A DNA stretch of 64,000 nucleotides from an uncultured Methanobacteriaceae archaeon. GTDB taxonomy: Archaea; Methanobacteriota; Methanobacteria; Methanobacteriales; Methanobacteriaceae. The position numbers were made by a program, and so were the translations under genes. The notes below the pieces were generated by a model that had not been told where the DNA came from, ran no database searches, and worked only from the letters and a program-made list of their open reading frames with translations. This document shows, piece by piece, positions 21,025 to 32,601 of the stretch; position 1 is the stretch's first letter; each line of letters opens with the position of its first letter. The stretch lies in assembly GCA_963785285.1 (NCBI GenBank), contig CAWAUS010000002.1, forward strand, positions 307,847 to 371,846. The letters run 5' to 3'.

Positions 21025-22506
21025 TTATTTTATTATATGAAACGCATCATCAATATATTTAATCATGTCGCTTGCTGTAAAATGATATTTATATTTTTCA
21101 GTAGCCATATCTCCAGCTCTGCCATTGATATAAGCTCCAAGGCACGCTGCTTCAAATCCATCATGTCCTTTACTCATTAATCCACCAACAAGACCTGCAA
21201 GACAATCGCCAGTTCCTCCAACAGTCATTCCAGGATTTCCTGTTTTATTGAGCCGTGTTTTTTTACCATTGGATATAATGTCAAAAACACCTTTTAGAAG
21301 AACTACACATCCATATTCTTTTGAAACCTTTGAAATTACTTCAATTTTGTTTTCTAATTCTCCAGGCATATCTAAACCAAAAAGAGATTTAAACTCAGCA
21401 CTATGGGGAGTAACCACTACATCATTTTCTATTTCTCTGATTAAATCTGGGTTTAATAGTTTTAAAGCATCAGCATCAAATAACATGGGCTTTTTAATCT
21501 CTTCAACTAATTCATTTAATGCAGAAGCGGTTTCTTCATTTCTACCCATACCACATCCAATAACAACTGAATCAGCCCTATTTGAAAGTTCTAATATTTT
21601 TGGAACATCTTCTTCTACAATAACTTCTTCTGAAAGCGTATTTACAATCAAATCAGGAGAATATGACCTTATTGTTGGGGCTACACTTCTTGGGCATGTT
21701 ACATAAACTAAATCAACTCCAGATTTAAATGCAGAAAGTGCTGCAAGTGTGGGGGCGCCGGAGTAATCTTGACTTCCACCTACAACAAGAACTGTGCCAT
21801 TATTGCCTTTATGGGAAAGGATGTCTCGTGTTTTTAGCCTTAGAAGATCGCCTTTTCCCAAAAATGTTTCAGCTTCATCTGGAATGCCTATATCATACAA
21901 GATAATATTTCCAACATATCTTACTTTTGCATGCTTAAGTCCAATTTTAATTTTATGGAATGTTAAAGTAAAATCTGCCTCTACAGCCTTATCAGGAACT
22001 TCTCCAGTTAGTGGATTTAGTCCGCTTGGCACATCAACAGCAATTTTAATGCCCTTAGACTTGTTTATAATATCAATTGCACTTGAAATTGGCTCCTTTA
22101 TTTTGCCTTTAATTCCAGTTCCAAGCAATGCATCAATAATTACAGGAGAATTAACTTTTTTAAGTGAATGGGGATCTTCAATTACTTCCAGATTAAGAGA
22201 ATTTAATCCTAAGCTTATATTTTGGATTGTAATCCAGTTATGAAGGGTTTCATGAGATTTAATTTTATCAGGATTACCTAAAAAGAACAAATCCACTTTA
22301 TAACCATTAGTTATAAGATGTCTTGCTGCAACGAATCCATCGCCACCATTTCCTCCTGTACCTGCAAATATGGTAACTTTACAGGGGTTTAAAGTATCTA
22401 TTATATGATCAGCTACTGATTTACCAGCATTTTCCATAAGGGCTGATTTAGGAATTCCCAAATCTTCTGCATTACTATCTATGGCCATCATGTCTTTTGG
22501 TGTCAT
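21025..22506 (-). CDS. nnr: bifunctional NAD(P)H-hydrate repair enzyme Nnr (epimerase + ADP-dependent dehydratase)
   Basis: YjeF-N motif 'GTGGNGGDGFVAARHL' plus a C-terminal carbohydrate-kinase domain 'GCGMGRNEETASALNELV...GTGDCLAGLVGGLM'. Confidence 0.85.
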   Translation of the reverse strand: MTPKDMMAIDSNAEDLGIPKSALMENAGKSVADHIIDTLNPCKVTIFAGTGGNGGDGFVAARHLITNGYKVDLFFLGNPDKIKSHETLHNWITIQNISLGLNSLNLEVIEDPHSLKKVNSPVIIDALLGTGIKGKIKEPISSAIDIINKSKGIKIAVDVPSGLNPLTGEVPDKAVEADFTLTFHKIKIGLKHAKVRYVGNIILYDIGIPDEAETFLGKGDLLRLKTRDILSHKGNNGTVLVVGGSQDYSGAPTLAALSAFKSGVDLVYVTCPRSVAPTIRSYSPDLIVNTLSEEVIVEEDVPKILELSNRADSVVIGCGMGRNEETASALNELVEEIKKPMLFDADALKLLNPDLIREIENDVVVTPHSAEFKSLFGLDMPGELENKIEVISKVSKEYGCVVLLKGVFDIISNGKKTRLNKTGNPGMTVGGTGDCLAGLVGGLMSKGHDGFEAACLGAYINGRAGDMATEKYKYHFTASDMIKYIDDAFHIIK

Positions 22507-22592
22507 GATATCACTAATTATATAATCTATAAACTAAATTATTTAATTGTAACTTAAAAAAATAGAATTAATTTATATTTAAGGGTGATCAA

Positions 22593-24518
22593 ATGGCCTC
22601 ATCACCAATACTTGATATCTTCAATTTGTCACGAGGTATTCCTCAAATTCCAACTACTGTGTTAATTTATGCTTTCACTTTTCTTGGTGCACTTATAGTG
22701 TATGGATTCATCGGATCAACATATGTAATGAATCTTGATCCAATTAATGCTATTTATTATACAATAATAACCATAGCCACTGTAGGTTATGGTGATATTG
22801 CCCCTATAACTCCTATTCAGAAGCTTTTTTCAATTACACTTGTTTTAGGGGGAGTTGGGCTTGTTGCATATGCATTTACTTTAGTAATAACGGTGGTTAC
22901 AATGGTGGTAGAAGAAGTTACGTCTGGTGCTAAAATCAGAAGAATAATTGCAGGAAGTAAAAATCATTTTGTCCTTTGTGGTTATGGTAGAGTTGGACGT
23001 GCTGTTTTTAAAGAGCTTAAAAAGAGAAATCAAAAAGCAATAATAATTGAAAGAGACCGAAATCTGGTTGAAAAGGAACTATGGGAAGATCCAAACGCTT
23101 TAGCAATACCTGGAGATGCCACAGATGAAGCAACAATGATTGAAGCAGGAATTAAAAGAGCTAGAGGAGTAATTATAGCTACTGGTGAAGACGTGGATAA
23201 TCTTTTTATAACTTTAACAGCCCGTGAACTGCAACCAGATATATGGATAGTTTCAAGGGCAAGTAAACGTGAAAATATTAAGAGACTTTACCGTGGTGGT
23301 GCAGATAAAGTTGTATCTCCGGAAACAAGTGGTGGAGAAGATATATATTTTGCAGCAATTGAGCCAACAATGATGAAGATTACAGAAATCCATGATGTTG
23401 AAAATATCCAAAAAGAGGCAGAGATTATTTTGAAATATGGATGTACCTTGGAAGATATTCAATATCATTTACCTGAATTTAAAGAACCACTTGCAAGAAA
23501 AATTGAGGTGTCTAAAAAAGATGAACTCAGCAGATTTTTAAATAGTATAAATCGTGATCCAGCACGAAAAAAGTCATTAGAACGTATTTATGACTCTGTA
23601 AGCGGAATTCACTCTCACTGGATTTCAGGGCCGGATAGAGAAAGTTTAGATAAAGTAGCAGAGGAACTTAAAAAAGAAGGATTCCTTTTTGGTATAAACC
23701 TCAGTGAAGATGAAATACGAGAGGTTGCAAGAAAACACGGTAGATTAGTTGAAGTAGTTATAAAGCCTGAAATGAAGGTTACTGAAACCCATGCAGTTGG
23801 AGATATACGCGCAGAATCAGAAATTATTTTGAAGCATGGATGCACTTTAGAAGACATTGAATATTATTTACCCGGATTTCGTGAACCATTACATCGAAAA
23901 GTTGGATTATCTAATATAGAAGATATGGATAAATTTTTAGAAAGTTTAGAGCATGATAATAGAAAAATGGAGTCTTTAGAGAGGTTATATGCCCTTTCAG
24001 GAGGAGGAATTCATTCTCACCTCGTATCAGGACCAGATACAAAAAGTCTTTCACTTGTGGAAAAAGAATTAAAAGAAAAGGGATTTTTATTAGGAGTTAA
24101 TTTATCCCAAAAAGAGATAAAAACCAAAATTAAAGAATATGGGCGGGTAGTTGAGCTGTTTTTAAAACATGAAGTTACTAATCTCGATGATAAACGAATA
24201 ATAATTAAAAATGGTGGCAGAATTTTAGATTCAAAGCATTATCTGCCGGGTGTAAGGCAGGTTGTAACTCGGAGTCTTTATATAAATACAGAAGAAGATG
24301 TTAGAAACTGTGAAAAAGAACTTCAAAAACCAGATGCCCGAAGATCTGTAGAAGCATTGTATGAAATATCAAGGCATATTCATTCCCATACTGTGGCTGC
24401 ACCCGATGTTAAAACCATTAAGAAAATTGAAAAAGTACTGGATAAAGAAGGTATCCTTTTAGGGATTGATTTACCTGAAAATGAGATATGGAGAATTGTT
24501 GAGGCTGAAAAACCATAA
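22593..24518 (+). CDS. MthK-like K+ channel (TVGYGD filter + RCK/TrkA-N) with three tandem ~130-aa C-terminal repeats of an unassigned domain
   Basis: '[14 protein letters not shown]' selectivity filter. '[13 protein letters not shown]' Rossmann motif. Three repeats share 'IILKxGCTLEDIxYxLPxFxEPLxRK...SLERxY...GIHSHxxSGPD...[16 protein letters not shown]'. Confidence 0.8.
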   Translation: MASSPILDIFNLSRGIPQIPTTVLIYAFTFLGALIVYGFIGSTYVMNLDPINAIYYTIITIATVGYGDIAPITPIQKLFSITLVLGGVGLVAYAFTLVITVVTMVVEEVTSGAKIRRIIAGSKNHFVLCGYGRVGRAVFKELKKRNQKAIIIERDRNLVEKELWEDPNALAIPGDATDEATMIEAGIKRARGVIIATGEDVDNLFITLTARELQPDIWIVSRASKRENIKRLYRGGADKVVSPETSGGEDIYFAAIEPTMMKITEIHDVENIQKEAEIILKYGCTLEDIQYHLPEFKEPLARKIEVSKKDELSRFLNSINRDPARKKSLERIYDSVSGIHSHWISGPDRESLDKVAEELKKEGFLFGINLSEDEIREVARKHGRLVEVVIKPEMKVTETHAVGDIRAESEIILKHGCTLEDIEYYLPGFREPLHRKVGLSNIEDMDKFLESLEHDNRKMESLERLYALSGGGIHSHLVSGPDTKSLSLVEKELKEKGFLLGVNLSQKEIKTKIKEYGRVVELFLKHEVTNLDDKRIIIKNGGRILDSKHYLPGVRQVVTRSLYINTEEDVRNCEKELQKPDARRSVEALYEISRHIHSHTVAAPDVKTIKKIEKVLDKEGILLGIDLPENEIWRIVEAEKP

Positions 24519-24588
24519 AAAATTGGAATATTTGAAAAATAATGATCTATTATTATTTTAAATCAATAATTTATATGGAGGTAACTCG

Positions 24589-24687
24589 ATGAAATCAGAA
24601 GAGCCCTCAAAATCTATGATTTTGGGGCATGCAAAATTCTACGAATTTTGCGGTTACGAAACGTTCGTAAACATCAAAAATCCATGA
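24589..24687 (+). CDS. small ORF (32 aa) with a strong RBS, possibly the N-terminal part of a zinc-ribbon protein
   Basis: GGAGGT lies 6 nt upstream of the ATG. Translation 'MKSEEPSKSMILGHAKFYEFCGYETFVNIKNP'. The stop overlaps the next ATG (ATGA). Confidence 0.3.
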   Translation: MKSEEPSKSMILGHAKFYEFCGYETFVNIKNP

Positions 24688-24862
24688 TTTTTGAAGGCTT
24701 AGCAAAAAATACCCAAAATGTGGATGTGAAGATAAACATATTTTAAAGGATTCAGGGACCGTAGGAGTTGTTGGACCACAACATAAATCTTCAACAGGAT
24801 TCAGGTCTAAAGAAGGTAGATACAGATGTTCAAAATGTGGATACATATTTGGAGAGGATTAA
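24684..24862 (+). CDS. small zinc-ribbon protein, frame interrupted at an A6 run (~24704-24709)
   Basis: 'PKCGCEDKHIL...RYRCSKCGYIFGED*' has a CxC...CxxC pattern but no start codon in that frame. One extra A in 'caaaaaat' would fuse it to the ATG at 24684, giving MIFEGLAKKYPKCGC... Confidence 0.3.
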
Positions 24863-24874
24863 TCATCTGTTTCG

Positions 24875-25594
24875 TTATTCTCTGTAAAAAATAGCATTGC
24901 ATGTACATAAATCATGTAACGGAGGTAACATTTCGGCCTGATCAATACTAAATTTCTTTTTATCGTAGGCGTGGTTACATTTTTCGCAGGCATTTAATGC
25001 CTGGGTTATTTTAAAATATTTGAACCCTTTTTCTTTATGAACATACCAATTTCCAAGGTTTTTTATCCTATTTAATTCATTTTTACTTATTTTTTCAGCT
25101 TCTTCATCAGTTAAGCTAGTTTGGGCATGAATTTTATTGCTGGCATCTATTATACCTCTTCCTTCATAAATTGTTTCTGCCAGTATGTCTATAATCTTCA
25201 AAAAAGTTTCATCTTCTATATGATCTACATAATTGATATTATAAAATTCAGGGATTAAAGCTACTTCTTTATATGTAGTTCTTAGCATTTCAACTGAAAT
25301 ATCTTTTTTAGGTGTTTTATCATCTTTTAATAACCTATGCAGACCATCTGTATCATCAACTGTAATGCTTAGTTTTGGTGATTCCTTTAACCTATTAGAT
25401 TTCTCTTTATTTACTCGTGTATCTTTACTGAAGGTTTCAATAATGGTTTTTACCCTTTCAGTGTTATAAGGAATATTTAACGAATCGACCTGTGTTAATT
25501 TGCCACCACATTCACATTCTTCAAAATCTTCTAATGATTCTCCTTCTTGAAGTTTATAATATCCATCACACTTTTTACATATAAGATAAGGCAT
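24875..25594 (-). CDS. hypothetical protein with N-terminal zinc ribbon and C-terminal Cys cluster
   Basis: 'CKKCDGYY...CECGGKL' at the N-terminus and '[11 protein letters not shown]...[10 protein letters not shown]' at the C-terminus. No recognised family. Confidence 0.55.
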   Translation of the reverse strand: MPYLICKKCDGYYKLQEGESLEDFEECECGGKLTQVDSLNIPYNTERVKTIIETFSKDTRVNKEKSNRLKESPKLSITVDDTDGLHRLLKDDKTPKKDISVEMLRTTYKEVALIPEFYNINYVDHIEDETFLKIIDILAETIYEGRGIIDASNKIHAQTSLTDEEAEKISKNELNRIKNLGNWYVHKEKGFKYFKITQALNACEKCNHAYDKKKFSIDQAEMLPPLHDLCTCNAIFYRE

Positions 25595-25854
25595 TATTAA
25601 TCACACTTTAAGTATTTATATGAATCTATTGAAAAGTCAATAAGGATTTTAATGTTAATACTTAATAAAGCTATTTAAAGTCATAATAATAGTTAAAATT
25701 ATTATTAAATACATTCTTAAAAACTTTATTGCACCGCTAAATATGAATAAATCTAATTATTTTAAATACAGATAATTCATTAAAGGATTTTACATTAATA
25801 GTTATAATACGGATGAAAATTAAAAAAATAAAATATTTAAGAAGCTAAAGCTCC

Positions 25855-26748
25855 TTAAAACAATTCATGCAGATTTATCTTGTATGCACCAAGGTTTCCA
25901 CCGAAGTTTCCAGCGCTTATTTTTAAAACACCTGGAACTTTCACTGCAGCTTCTATTCCAACTTTCATTGCTTCTTTAACGACTTCTTCATTTATACCGT
26001 CAATAACAATTTCATATATGCCGTTTACATCGGCTGGAATTTCGCTACCTTCAACTGAATCTTTTAAGGTTACACACATTTTCTCGTTAGTGGAAGCACC
26101 TAAGAATTTGTACTTGTTTGATCCAACTTTGGAACCAGATGCTACTACTCCTCCAGGGAAAGGTGTTATTGCGCCTTTAATTGCTCCGATAGCATCAACA
26201 GCTACTTCAGCTGCTATTAAAGCTGATGACGGACTGTCACCCATTATAAAGAAGTTTCCACCAGCAACTCCTGCTTTAATTCCAAATTCGCCTTCAACTA
26301 AAAAGTCACCGGACATGATAGGTATGGAGTAAACTGTTCTTCCATCAATATCTAATTCTTTTTCGAAGCCATCTCCAAAGAATTTAAGTTTGAATCCTGT
26401 TTTTAATTTTTCATCCTCATCATCAAGAACATTGAAAGCCGCAGTTGTTGCAGCGGTAAGTACACACATTCCAACACGTTCTAATAATTCATGATCTAGT
26501 TTTTTCTTGCTCATATTGCAGATCATGATTATATAACCCGGTCTTCCATCAGGAGTTTCTTCTGGAGGAACGTAACAATCTATTCCTGCTTCTGCAGGGC
26601 AACCAATAACGGAAGTCCCGTAACCTGTAGCTTCAGTCGCTGCTATCTTAGCCATTTTTTTGGTAGCTGCAGTTACAAGTATTCTTGAAACCTGTATACC
26701 GAATGCTTCTGCAAATGTATCTTCTATTTCTACACCGTTTATTTCCAT
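25855..26748 (-). CDS. ftr: formylmethanofuran--tetrahydromethanopterin N-formyltransferase
   Basis: '[56 protein letters not shown]' matches Ftr. 297 aa. Confidence 0.9.
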   Translation of the reverse strand: MEINGVEIEDTFAEAFGIQVSRILVTAATKKMAKIAATEATGYGTSVIGCPAEAGIDCYVPPEETPDGRPGYIIMICNMSKKKLDHELLERVGMCVLTAATTAAFNVLDDEDEKLKTGFKLKFFGDGFEKELDIDGRTVYSIPIMSGDFLVEGEFGIKAGVAGGNFFIMGDSPSSALIAAEVAVDAIGAIKGAITPFPGGVVASGSKVGSNKYKFLGASTNEKMCVTLKDSVEGSEIPADVNGIYEIVIDGINEEVVKEAMKVGIEAAVKVPGVLKISAGNFGGNLGAYKINLHELF

Positions 26749-26877
26749 GATTATCACCGTAAGATCATCGTTTTAGAAATATTATATATTTTTCTATTTG
26801 AATTTCCTGATTAATTTTTGAAAGAAAAAGAATGATTAAAACATTTAATTTAAAATAATAAAAATAATCAATTTAAT

Positions 26878-28527
26878 TTAAAAGATAATCTTAAATGATG
26901 ATCCGTTTTCTGTATTAAGCATAATTTCGCCAGATAGTTGAGTTACAAGGGTGTAAACTAATTTTAAACCCAAAGTTTTGGTATTTTGAGGGTTAATATT
27001 TTCTGGAAATCCAATTCCATTATCTTCAATTAGGAGAATGTGGCGGGTATCATCTAAATAAAATTTAATGCCGATTTTTCCGTTTTTAAAATTTTGGCCA
27101 TTATATTGATATTTTGTAAGTTGATCCTTATCTTCTGGACCCTCGAATGATCCATTTGCAAGTTCGCAACTTTTAGTCGCCGGATCTAAAAATTTTCTAT
27201 TTTCAAACTCGCGATTTTCAGTCGCGAGATCTACAGATTTTTCATCTGTAGGTCCGCAGCTGAAAGCTGCCGGATCAGTAAATTTATTATGCGTTGGTCC
27301 ACGACCAGAGGTCGTTGGAAAAGCATGTTTTAGTGAATTGCTTACTAATTCATTTATAATCAACCCACAGTGGATTGCAGTGTCAATATCTAGAAAAATA
27401 TTTTCTGCATTGATTTTCAATGTTATAATTTGTTGATTAATTCCATATGAATTGAAGAGCTCTGCTACAAGTCTTTTGATATATTCTGTAAAATCAATTT
27501 TTGAAAGATCATCGGACTGATAAAGCTCTTCATGAACTATTGCCATAGATTTAACACGATTTTGGCTTTCTCTAAGAGTATTTAATGCTATTTTGTCTTC
27601 TAAATATGCAGACTGAAGATTTAAGATGGAGCTTATTATCTGCATATTATTTTTAACTCTATGATGTACTTCTCGTAATAGTAATTCTTTTTCGCTAAGG
27701 GATGATTTAAGCTGATTTTCTACATGTTTGAGTTCTGTAATATCTCGAGTAATATAAACTGCGCCAGCAAATTCCCCATTTTTATCAATAATGGGGTTTC
27801 CTATAGTTTCTACCCATATATAATGTCCATTAACATGTTTAAATCTATGTTGAGCTCTTCCAGGCTTTAAAGTTACAATACATGTTTGGACTGTGTCTAT
27901 AAGCAATCCTAGGTCATCTGGATGAACTATGCTAATAAGTTCAAGATCTTGTTTTCCCATTATGTCTTCGGGATTATATCCAAGTAGATCTTTAATGGAG
28001 GGGCTTACATATTGGAAGCAGCCTAATCGGTCAACTTGATAGATTAAATCCAACATATTATTTGTAATTAAGCTTAAATGTTCTTCACGATTCCTTATTA
28101 ACTTTTCAATTCTCCCACGCTCTGCTAAATCGTGTAAAATACTAAATATTAATTTTTTACCATTTGATTCTATTATTTTTGAATTTATTTCCACTAAAGC
28201 TCCAAAAATGCCTTTTAATTTATACTGGAATTTGAATTCTCCATTTTTAAAAAGTTCTTGAAGCTTAGGTTTTAAAAATTCATTAAACTCTCTAATATTT
28301 AAGTCCTGAATATTTTTTCCAATTAATTCCTCTGGACTATAGTTAAAATAGTTACAACAAGCTTCATTTGCATAAATTAAATTTCCTTTAAGGTCGTGCA
28401 CAAAAACAGGATCAATGATAAAATCTAAAATCTTATTTTTAAATTCTAATTCATAATTTAAATCGTTAATTTGATTAGATCTTGATTTTAGTCCATTAAA
28501 TTTTTTGGATTTATACTCTTCTTTCAT
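26878..28527 (-). CDS. PAS-domain sensor histidine kinase (HisKA_2-type) with a long low-complexity insert in the ATPase domain
   Basis: PAS motifs 'IDPVFVHDLKGNLIYANEA' and 'LIYQVDRLGCFQYVSP'. H-box 'HHRVKNNMQIISSILNLQ'. G-boxes 'LIEDNGIGFP'. The degenerate-repeat insert spans about 27130-27300. Confidence 0.8.
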   Translation of the reverse strand: MKEEYKSKKFNGLKSRSNQINDLNYELEFKNKILDFIIDPVFVHDLKGNLIYANEACCNYFNYSPEELIGKNIQDLNIREFNEFLKPKLQELFKNGEFKFQYKLKGIFGALVEINSKIIESNGKKLIFSILHDLAERGRIEKLIRNREEHLSLITNNMLDLIYQVDRLGCFQYVSPSIKDLLGYNPEDIMGKQDLELISIVHPDDLGLLIDTVQTCIVTLKPGRAQHRFKHVNGHYIWVETIGNPIIDKNGEFAGAVYITRDITELKHVENQLKSSLSEKELLLREVHHRVKNNMQIISSILNLQSAYLEDKIALNTLRESQNRVKSMAIVHEELYQSDDLSKIDFTEYIKRLVAELFNSYGINQQIITLKINAENIFLDIDTAIHCGLIINELVSNSLKHAFPTTSGRGPTHNKFTDPAAFSCGPTDEKSVDLATENREFENRKFLDPATKSCELANGSFEGPEDKDQLTKYQYNGQNFKNGKIGIKFYLDDTRHILLIEDNGIGFPENINPQNTKTLGLKLVYTLVTQLSGEIMLNTENGSSFKIIF

Positions 28528-28610
28528 GCATAATCCCTAGAATAAGTTGTGTCAATATTTTATAATTAATTTATTAATTTAATGACTATTTGTATATTTT
28601 TTAAGGAGTG

Positions 28611-29627
28611 TTATATTTTTTTTGAAATCTTTTCGACAATAGCTGTTCCAAAGTAAGGAAGTAGGGCCATTCCAATAATAGAAGTCATCCAGAACGATAT
28701 TAATCTTTCAACAAGGGTTGCTGCAGCACTTATGGATGGTGGAACTCCTGCAGCAGAGAATAATAGGATCATAATACCATCAACCGCTCCAAGGCCTCCT
28801 GGAAGGAGTGGAATTAGTCCAAGCAGACTTGAAATTATAAAAACCTCTGCAATTATCACAAATGAAACGTCTACGCCAAAAGCAGAAAACACTATATAAA
28901 CCCTTAATATTTCAAGAATCCATATTAAAAAGGATATGGGGAGCCCATACATCAAGACATTTTTATCTTTTACCATTGTTTGGATGCTGTTTTGGAAACC
29001 ATGAATGGCTTTAAGTGCATTTTTTTCAATTTCGCTGCGTTCTTTTTTAGAAAATCTATTAACTATGCTTACAAGCCAGAGAGATACTTTACGTCCAAAT
29101 TCTCGGTTAAATGACATATAGATCCCAGCAAAAAACAATAGAAGTAGAAGTATAACTGCAATTATCAGTAGGTAAATGACTATATTCGGTAAATTTAAAT
29201 ATAAAACTGCTGAAACTATGGCAATAACTGCTAAAACCATAAAAGGGAATGTATCAAGCCCCCTATCTGCTATTACAGTCGCAAATGACTCTTCAAATGA
29301 AGTTCTAGAATATTTACTTAACATATATCCTCTTATTGGTTCTCCTCCACCTCTTGCACTTGGAGTTAAGTTATTAACAGCCAATCCGACCATGAGCATT
29401 GGAAATAAATGCCATTTTCGAACTGAAATATTAACAGATTCTACATTTATAGCCCATCTTTGAGTCCAAAGCCCATAAACTGCAAACTGTACAATTATCG
29501 CAAAGGCAAGATACCATGGATTAGCCTGTTTAATAGCACTTTCAATATTACCGGGCCCAATAAATAGAATCATGCCAATAAGGATTCCAATTCCTATTAT
29601 TAACAAAATTAAAGCCTTATGTTTCAT
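28611..29627 (-). CDS. flippase-like membrane protein (lysylphosphatidylglycerol-synthase TM domain / UPF0104)
   Basis: 338 aa, 8 TM segments. LPG_synthase_TM-type N-terminus 'LILLIIGIGILIGMILFIGPGNI'. Confidence 0.6.
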   Translation of the reverse strand: MKHKALILLIIGIGILIGMILFIGPGNIESAIKQANPWYLAFAIIVQFAVYGLWTQRWAINVESVNISVRKWHLFPMLMVGLAVNNLTPSARGGGEPIRGYMLSKYSRTSFEESFATVIADRGLDTFPFMVLAVIAIVSAVLYLNLPNIVIYLLIIAVILLLLLFFAGIYMSFNREFGRKVSLWLVSIVNRFSKKERSEIEKNALKAIHGFQNSIQTMVKDKNVLMYGLPISFLIWILEILRVYIVFSAFGVDVSFVIIAEVFIISSLLGLIPLLPGGLGAVDGIMILLFSAAGVPPSISAAATLVERLISFWMTSIIGMALLPYFGTAIVEKISKKI

Positions 29628-29773
29628 TTTATGTCCTAAATGTCATTATAAGACATTATAATTTTTTATACATACTAATGATATAAGTAAATATAAATTT
29701 TTATATTTAAAGTCAAGAAATTACTTTATATTAATTTAATAATAATGTTAAATCTTTTTGAGTATGATGAAAT

Positions 29774-30262
29774 TTATAGAATCACAGTTTCATAACTTAA
29801 ATCAGCAGGATCAAGTAAAACAACTGTTTTTTTTCCAGATAGGTATCCACAAGTCTCTCCAGGGTTTATCATCATGCACTTACCTTCTTTGATTTCTAAT
29901 TTATGTGTATGTCCCCGTATAACAATATCATAATTCCCACTTTTGACTAACGCATCGATTATAGTCTCATTTGTACCATGGTTAACTACAATTTTCCTAT
30001 TTTGCACTTTAAGTTCTATTAAACTGTCTGGAAGACACATATCTTTGTAGAAATGTCTTAAACCGTCTTTTTCTCCATCATTATTTCCAAAAACAGCTCT
30101 AAATTCGCAATTAAGATTTTTAAATTCTTTGGCTGTAAAAGGAGAAATTAAATCTCCTGCATGTATCACTAATTCTACTTCTGATTTATTAAAGAAGTCC
30201 ACGGCCTTTCTAATTGCATCCAAATTGTCATGAGAGTCTGACATTATACCAATCATATTCAT
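29774..30262 (-). CDS. metallophosphoesterase (MJ0936/YfcE family)
   Basis: '[14 protein letters not shown]...IHAGDL...GNNDGE...VVNHGT...RGHTH' calcineurin-like motifs. Confidence 0.85.
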   Translation of the reverse strand: MNMIGIMSDSHDNLDAIRKAVDFFNKSEVELVIHAGDLISPFTAKEFKNLNCEFRAVFGNNDGEKDGLRHFYKDMCLPDSLIELKVQNRKIVVNHGTNETIIDALVKSGNYDIVIRGHTHKLEIKEGKCMMINPGETCGYLSGKKTVVLLDPADLSYETVIL

Positions 30263-30393
30263 ATTTTTGTTGCATAACGTATAAATTTTGATCGTGAGCG
30301 GGTAAAATTAAGAAATTTTATTATGAAAACCTTTATATGCTCTTAAATAAATATTAACTCAAGCCAATTTTTGGCCTATTAGGATGTGATGAA

Positions 30394-30627
30394 TTGTTTA
30401 GAAATAATTACGGAAGAGATAATTACTCAGATAGAGGAAGTTCAGCTCCTATTAATGTAGGAGACGAATACGATGTTAAAATTGAAGATGTTGGAAGAGA
30501 TGGCGACGGAATCGCTAGAATAGAAGGTTTTGTAGTCTTTGTTTCAGGTGCAAAACTTGGTGATGAAGTTAAAATTAAAATTAACTCAACAAGAAGAAAC
30601 TTCGGTTTTGCAGACATAGTTGAATAA
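30394..30627 (+). CDS. TRAM-domain protein
   Basis: '[42 protein letters not shown]' TRAM fold. TTG start. Confidence 0.75.
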   Translation: MFRNNYGRDNYSDRGSSAPINVGDEYDVKIEDVGRDGDGIARIEGFVVFVSGAKLGDEVKIKINSTRRNFGFADIVE

Positions 30628-30788
30628 ACTAATTATTTAATTTATTTTTATTCTTGAAAATTGATTTTTTAAATTTTCTTGAATTTTATTTTTATTTACA
30701 AAGTTATTTTTGTTAGTACTATTTTGAATATTTATTTTTAATACGGTTAAATTATCGATTTTTATACAAAAAAAATAATGGGTTTAGT

Positions 30789-31229
30789 TTATTTTAATAA
30801 AGGCCATGCCAAAAGAAGAACTAAAATGCCTATTGCTGCTGTAATCAGATAATTAATGAGTACTTTAACTTCTAAACTTCTTATTTCATCATATTTATAG
30901 TACTTTTTAAATATCAAATATGTAAACAGCAATGTAGTAAATCCAGAAACTAATACTGAATAATCTTCTGCAATATTTAAAAGGAGGAAATTACTTAAAA
31001 TAAATATTGCAGTTCCTATTGCAATTATTTTTAAATCAATTGATTCCCTGTTAAAATAGGATAATAATGGTTTTTTAGAGGATTTTTCAGAGTTAAATGA
31101 TTCTTTAGGGGAATTTTTAGGGTTAGGGGATTTTTTAGAGGGTTTTAAAGGTTTTTTGCAATTATAACAAATTTCAGCTGTTTTACTATTTTTTGTTTTG
31201 CATCGGGGACAAGATATGGTAGATACCAT
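30789..31229 (-). CDS. membrane protein with N-terminal zinc ribbon
   Basis: 'CPRCKTKNSKTAEICYNCKK', then a lysine/serine-rich linker and 3 TM segments. Confidence 0.5.
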   Translation of the reverse strand: MVSTISCPRCKTKNSKTAEICYNCKKPLKPSKKSPNPKNSPKESFNSEKSSKKPLLSYFNRESIDLKIIAIGTAIFILSNFLLLNIAEDYSVLVSGFTTLLFTYLIFKKYYKYDEIRSLEVKVLINYLITAAIGILVLLLAWPLLK

Positions 31230-31613
31230 GATATCACTCTCGCTTTCACTATGATTGGTTAATGTCTATAATTTTTATAAGTATATGAAACTATTATTCA
31301 AGATGTTATTTAACTTAATGTATTATAAATTTCAGAAAGATTTTTAATTTTAATAATAAACTTGGTATTTAAAAAATTTATTTTAACTTATATTAATAAC
31401 AAGGGATTGGAATCAATTAGAATTATTAAATCAATTAAATAGTTATGGATTTTGATCAAACTTTTAAAGATCATTGATTTTTCGAAAATTGAAACTTTCG
31501 GGGTTTTTTTAAAAGATTGAATTTATAATAAAATTTTTAATATTATTTATTAGGTAGCTTAGACATAAAATTAAACATAATAAATATAAAAATTTTTTTA
31601 GGAGGTTAGAAAA

Positions 31614-32387
31614 ATGGTAAGTTACGTAACTCTTATTATAGCTGGGATTGTATTATTGATTATTTTGGGACTTTCAATAAGGATAGTAAACCAGTACGAA
31701 AGAGGGGTACTTTTCAGGCTTGGAAAAGTAATAGGAGTTAGAGATCCAGGGCTGCGTCTTATTATTCCTATAGTAGATAGATTGGTAAAGGTATCTCTTA
31801 GAATTGTCACCATGCCAATCCCATCGCAGAATATAATAACTCAAGATAACGTTTCAATTGATGTAGCGGCTGTAGCATACTTTAAAATTACTAATGCATA
31901 TGATGCAGTTGTAGCAATTGAAAATTACAACAGGGCGGTAAATCAGATTGCTCAGACAACCATGAGAAATGTAATAGGACAATTCCTTTTAGATGATGTT
32001 TTATCTTCAACTACTAAAATAAATGAAAAGATTAAGGAAATCATCGATAAACACAGCGAACCATGGGGAGTACAGATTACTGCTGTTGAAATTAAAGATA
32101 TAAGACTTCCTGATACAATGCAGAGGGCAATGGCAAGACAGGCAGAGGCAGAAAGGGATAAAAGGGCTAAAATTATTGCCGCAGAAGGTGAATTTTTATC
32201 AGCTGCTAAACTTGGGGACGCTGCAGATGTAATAGCTGCACATCCAGTTGCACTTCAACTAAGGAACTTACAAGTGTTAAATGAGATTGCAAGCGAGAAA
32301 AACTCTACCATAATATTCCCTGCGCAATTCATGTCAACTATTAAGGATATAAAGAAATATATGGATTCTGAAGGATTATTAAAATAA
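31614..32387 (+). CDS. SPFH/band-7 (stomatin-like, slipin) membrane protein
   Basis: N-terminal TM plus '[17 protein letters not shown]...[30 protein letters not shown]'. RBS GGAGGT. Confidence 0.85.
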   Translation: MVSYVTLIIAGIVLLIILGLSIRIVNQYERGVLFRLGKVIGVRDPGLRLIIPIVDRLVKVSLRIVTMPIPSQNIITQDNVSIDVAAVAYFKITNAYDAVVAIENYNRAVNQIAQTTMRNVIGQFLLDDVLSSTTKINEKIKEIIDKHSEPWGVQITAVEIKDIRLPDTMQRAMARQAEAERDKRAKIIAAEGEFLSAAKLGDAADVIAAHPVALQLRNLQVLNEIASEKNSTIIFPAQFMSTIKDIKKYMDSEGLLK

Positions 32388-32601
32388 TTTAGTGAGGTTT
32401 TAAACATTAAATGTTCTTTTTTTACTTTTTCTATTTAAGTATACATGGATTAAAATGCACTTTAACTGAGTATAATCATGATAATACATAATATTAGGAT
32501 AATTAGGTTAATATTAGCAAGAATTGATACAATTGAGATAAAATCAACTTTTTGCAGTATGGATTAAATTTATATGCTTAGTTGATTATTATTACGATAT
32601 A

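Noticed and set aside
31483-31515. Hairpin CGAAA-attgaaac-TTTCG followed by GGGGTTTTTTT upstream of the SPFH gene
   Set aside because: Terminator-like, but there is no upstream co-directional gene. The stem is only 5 bp and the region is extremely AT-rich, so chance occurrence is likely.
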